Positions 40,212-42,602 of a DNA stretch of 42,602 nt are shown here, one piece after another. The first letter of the stretch is position 1, and each line of letters starts with the position of its first letter. Both the position numbers and the translations under genes were made by a program. Below the pieces are notes generated by a model. The model saw only the letters and a list, made by a program, of their open reading frames with translations. It did no database searches and was not told the DNA's origin. The stretch is from a virus: the IMG/VR virus record IMGVR_UViG_3300045988_153375, positions 1 through 42,602 of that record, one strand, 5' to 3'.

Positions 40212-40283
40212 TGTGAGAGATTGGCATGAGCGCCGGCACCACACACCCATCACATACCGCCCTTCCACCATCCGAGACGCACT

Positions 40284-40317
40284 GAGGCCCCACCCTCATC
40301 GTGGAGAGTGGGGCCTC
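40284..40317 (-). terminator. hairpin terminator after gene 40339-40683
   Basis: 14-bp stem GAGGCCCCACCCTC / GAGAGTGGGGCCTC with one mismatch. Confidence 0.55.
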
Positions 40318-40338
40318 GTCGTCCTCAGACCAGTCAGG

Positions 40339-40683
40339 TCAGTAGGGCCAGATGAAACGGTACAGCAGGGCACGCGAGTCGACGCCCACCTCCTCGTCGA
40401 CGACGGGGATGAGAGCGACCTCGAGGATGGCGTGAGCGAGATAGGCGTCCATGGCGAGACGTGCGAGGCGAGACCAAATGCCCATGTCGGCCATCGCGTA
40501 CTCGTAGGAGTCATCCCATCCGTCGGAGACATCCGGCGGCTCGATCGAGCTGACGCCACTCTCGTCGGCCACCTTGTACAGGGTCCAGGGTTCGCCAGTG
40601 CGGGGAGCACGGATCCGGTAGACGGCCCCGTGCTCGACAGTGTTGAGGGCGGGGTCCTCGGTGCGGTAGATGGTGGTGCTCAT
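40339..40683 (-). CDS. acidic hypothetical protein (114 aa) in the GC-rich island
   Basis: ATG 40683 follows GGGGAAGAGAAA. Third codon positions are strongly G/C-ending. The longer 40731 start would run into the upstream terminator stem. Confidence 0.6.
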   Translation of the reverse strand: MSTTIYRTEDPALNTVEHGAVYRIRAPRTGEPWTLYKVADESGVSSIEPPDVSDGWDDSYEYAMADMGIWSRLARLAMDAYLAHAILEVALIPVVDEEVGVDSRALLYRFIWPY

Positions 40684-40723
40684 TTTCTCTTCCCCTTGGT
40701 TGGTTGGGTTGTTCCGTTGGTAT

Positions 40724-40772
40724 GAGGACACTCCCCGGGTCTTGCGCTAGTCAAGACCCGGGGAGTGTCCTC
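40724..40772 (-). terminator. strong hairpin terminator between the two island genes
   Basis: 21-bp perfect stem GAGGACACTCCCCGGGTCTTG / CAAGACCCGGGGAGTGTCCTC with a 7-nt loop. Confidence 0.75.
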
Positions 40773-40814
40773 TGTCATCGTGCGGTTGTCCTGCGACAGG
40801 AAGGGCGGGGCGGG

Positions 40815-41081
40815 TCAGCCGGCCAACTCGGTCAGCTCGGCCACGAAGACCTCGTTGGCCTCGGCCCGGTCGATCAACCGCCGCAGCGCGACATTGATCC
40901 GGCTCGCCGTCTCCACCCCCTCGAATTCCCTGATGTCGTTCGTGGACTCGGTGGCGAAGTCGCGCACCAGCTGGAACCCCTCGTCGGGGTAGAGGTCGAA
41001 CATGAAGAGTCGCAGCATCGCACGCAGGTACTGGTCGGCGACCTCCTCGTGGTCTTCGGCGTAGCGGAGTGTGAGGGCCAT
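40815..41081 (-). CDS. acidic hypothetical protein (88 aa; start uncertain, alternatives at 41141 and 41306)
   Basis: G/C-ending codons throughout. The helical acidic sequence begins MALTLRYAEDHEEVADQY... No clear RBS. Confidence 0.5.
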   Translation of the reverse strand: MALTLRYAEDHEEVADQYLRAMLRLFMFDLYPDEGFQLVRDFATESTNDIREFEGVETASRINVALRRLIDRAEANEVFVAELTELAG

Positions 41082-41228
41082 CGTGGTCTCAGGCTCGAGT
41101 CCGGGTGAGATGCGCGGAGTAGATGAGGCGTCCACGTCCATAGGATGACACGGACGGGGCGGCAGCGCAAGCCCATGGGGCACAGAAGCTCCCAGACCCA
41201 CTGAGGTACATCTCATGCACGCTGGGGC

Positions 41229-41258
41229 TTGACAGGGCCCCCCCCGCCCTTCTATAGT
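41229..41258 (+). promoter_or_regulatory. near-consensus sigma-70/SigA-type early promoter
   Basis: TTGACA (41229-34), an 18-nt spacer, then TATAGT (41253-58). It lies about 50 nt upstream of ATG 41309. Confidence 0.65.
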
Positions 41259-41308
41259 GGACGCACCGCCGAAGGTCGGTGTACGAAGAAAGAGAGGACG
41301 GAACACGA

Positions 41309-41746
41309 ATGGGCAACACAGTAGATGAGGGGATGCTCGTCCGACACATGGATCTGCGCAGGACCGCGAAGTTGTCAGACGATTCTCTGGCCCGGCTCAC
41401 AATTATGATCGAGCACATGGATGGCACGAACTACATGGTGAGCGTCGTTGACAAAAAAGAGACGCCCGAGCATTTGACGACTCTGCTCGCCGCTGTCGGT
41501 CGTGGCGCTAACCTGATGTTCCGCGCCCTCGACATTCTCCGTACTGTCGGGTACGTGGACGTGCACCCTGTTGCACTATTGGGTAGGGAGATCGTTTTTG
41601 GTTTGAACCGTGTCTCGCTTGAGGTCGAGGTCGTTGAGCACGGTGACGGCGAGATCGAGTGCGGTATTAGCGTTGCCGGCGTGAATGTGGAGAATGTTGA
41701 GGAGATTGGTGGCGTACTGGAGGAGAACGGTATTGACGTTGTGTGA
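41309..41746 (+). CDS. hypothetical early protein (145 aa)
   Basis: ATG 41309 follows GAAAGAGAGGA. It is the first gene after the early promoter. Confidence 0.6.
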   Translation: MGNTVDEGMLVRHMDLRRTAKLSDDSLARLTIMIEHMDGTNYMVSVVDKKETPEHLTTLLAAVGRGANLMFRALDILRTVGYVDVHPVALLGREIVFGLNRVSLEVEVVEHGDGEIECGISVAGVNVENVEEIGGVLEENGIDVV

Positions 41747-41805
41747 GACGGTGCGACATGGGCTGACAACGACATACCAACATACCCAACTTGAAAGGTT
41801 TGACT

Positions 41806-41828
41806 GAAGAGACTCTCCGAGTCTTTTC
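41806..41828 (+). terminator. short hairpin with a T-rich 3' arm
   Basis: GAAGAGACTC-tcc-GAGTCTTTTC, 10 bp with one mismatch. Confidence 0.35.
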
Positions 41829-42086
41829 TACTGGGTTGGCATCACATCCGCCGTTTCGTGATCGTACGGGGCGGCGGATGCTGCCGTATGCGGCCCGTCT
41901 CTCACCGCCTTTCGTGGTGTTCCAGGGGTGATGGGCAGTGTGTGACGGACGTCTCACTCTGTGTGGATGGACAGGTCGTCATCGGAGCCATAGAGTTAAG
42001 GCCATCGGGGGCAGGACAGCAGCCCGCTGGACGGGATGGACGCCCCGCAACACAACCAAGACCATCAGGGAGAAAGAGGAGACATC

Positions 42087-42269
42087 ATGACCATGAGGCA
42101 TGCGGCACCGAGGCGCACCGACGTCGCGACCCGCCGTCCCTTGAAGCGGAGCAGCGAAATCATCCTGGCCGCCGTCATCTACCTGACCGCATCGTGCTTC
42201 GCTGTGGTCGGGACGCTCGGTGTCGCGGGGATCATTTGGGTCCTATGGGGTGCGCTGGGAGTACGGTAG
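42087..42269 (+). CDS. small membrane protein (60 aa)
   Basis: ATG 42087 follows GAAAGAGGAGA. It has a basic N-terminus and then the hydrophobic stretch IILAAVIYLTASCFAVVGTLGVAGIIWVLWGAL. Confidence 0.5.
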   Translation: MTMRHAAPRRTDVATRRPLKRSSEIILAAVIYLTASCFAVVGTLGVAGIIWVLWGALGVR

Positions 42270-42298
42270 CCCCCCGCAATTCCGGGGAAGAGAGGAGC

Positions 42299-42602
42299 AT
42301 GGTAATGCTGCGGTTTGAATATGATGGCCCCGACATTGAAGGGGTGACTGACCGGGGTGTTGAGATGGGGCTTATTCGAGAGAATATGCCGCCTGCCACG
42401 TCCTACTATCATGATAATGATGGTTTCACTGTCATTGTGTGGGACACTGAGGTTGGCGTTATTGAAACGTACGTGTTTGATAATGGTAGGTCGACAGTAT
42501 GGTATTTCAGTACGAAAAACACGGCGGCGGATGCTTGGTGGCGGAAAACTGTCACTGTCGATGAGATTACTGGCGTCGCGGCCAGGTGGATTCTCAAACA
42601 TA
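42299..42602 (+). CDS. 5' part of the junction-spanning hypothetical protein (continues at nt 56-249 after collapsing the overlap)
   Basis: ATG 42299 follows GGGGAAGAGAGGAG. The frame stays open to the window end and is in phase with frame 1 at the window start. Confidence 0.6.
   Translation, partial: MVMLRFEYDGPDIEGVTDRGVEMGLIRENMPPATSYYHDNDGFTVIVWDTEVGVIETYVFDNGRSTVWYFSTKNTAADAWWRKTVTVDEITGVAARWILKH
42548..42602. repeat. 55-nt exact terminal overlap (copy 2)
   Basis: Identical to nt 1-55. Confidence 0.95.

Noticed and set aside
40213-41108. Plus-strand ORFs 40213-40725 (170 aa) and 40704-41108 (134 aa) in the GC-rich island
   Set aside because: The G/C-ending third-position bias fits the minus-strand frames. 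The plus-strand ORFs run through the 21-bp terminator stem and have R/G/V/H-rich shadow composition.

Overview
The window is a complete, circularly closed assembly of a tailed (siphovirus-type) phage genome. The first 55 nt recur exactly as the last 55 nt, and one ORF reads straight through that junction, giving a unique length of 42,547 bp. Gene content and signals suggest a moderately high-GC Gram-positive, probably actinobacterial, host: a multidomain endolysin, an r1t-type holin, a tape measure with an NlpC/P60 domain, TATAAT-N7-ATG leaderless starts, and hairpin terminators that lack a U-tract. The host call is inference only.

Layout:
1. A plus-strand early arm starts at a consensus promoter (41229-41258) and runs across the junction to 10558. 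It encodes small unknown proteins, a DUF3987-like helicase-type protein, an AEP-type primase, an SNF2 helicase, a Cas4/RecB-type nuclease, a Sak4-like ATPase, a DUF669-like protein and a RuvC-like resolvase.
2. A minus-strand late arm (37278 down to 17759) encodes TerL, portal, a MuF-like protein, scaffold, major capsid, connector proteins, major tail protein, G/GT chaperones with a GGGAAAC -1 slippery site, a 1520-aa tape measure and six distal tail proteins.
3. A 4.2-kb plus-strand accessory cassette (13.5-17.7 kb, including dCTP deaminase and a DUF3310 protein) sits between the tail genes and a minus-strand lysis cassette (13463 down to 10658).
4. A roughly 4-kb control region (37.28-41.26 kb) is mostly non-coding and is the most unusual part of the window. 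It contains:
- seven same-orientation DnaA-box consensus 9-mers next to an AT-rich, palindrome-dense tract;
- more than 1 kb of extremely G/T-skewed sequence;
- an HNH endonuclease gene flanked by two copies of a conserved hairpin element whose outer stems differ by compensatory changes;
- palindromic operator-like sites at the point where the strand skew inverts;
- a GC-rich two-gene island.

No integrase, repressor, tRNA, rRNA or CRISPR array was recognised. All functional calls rest on motif recognition by eye, with no database search.
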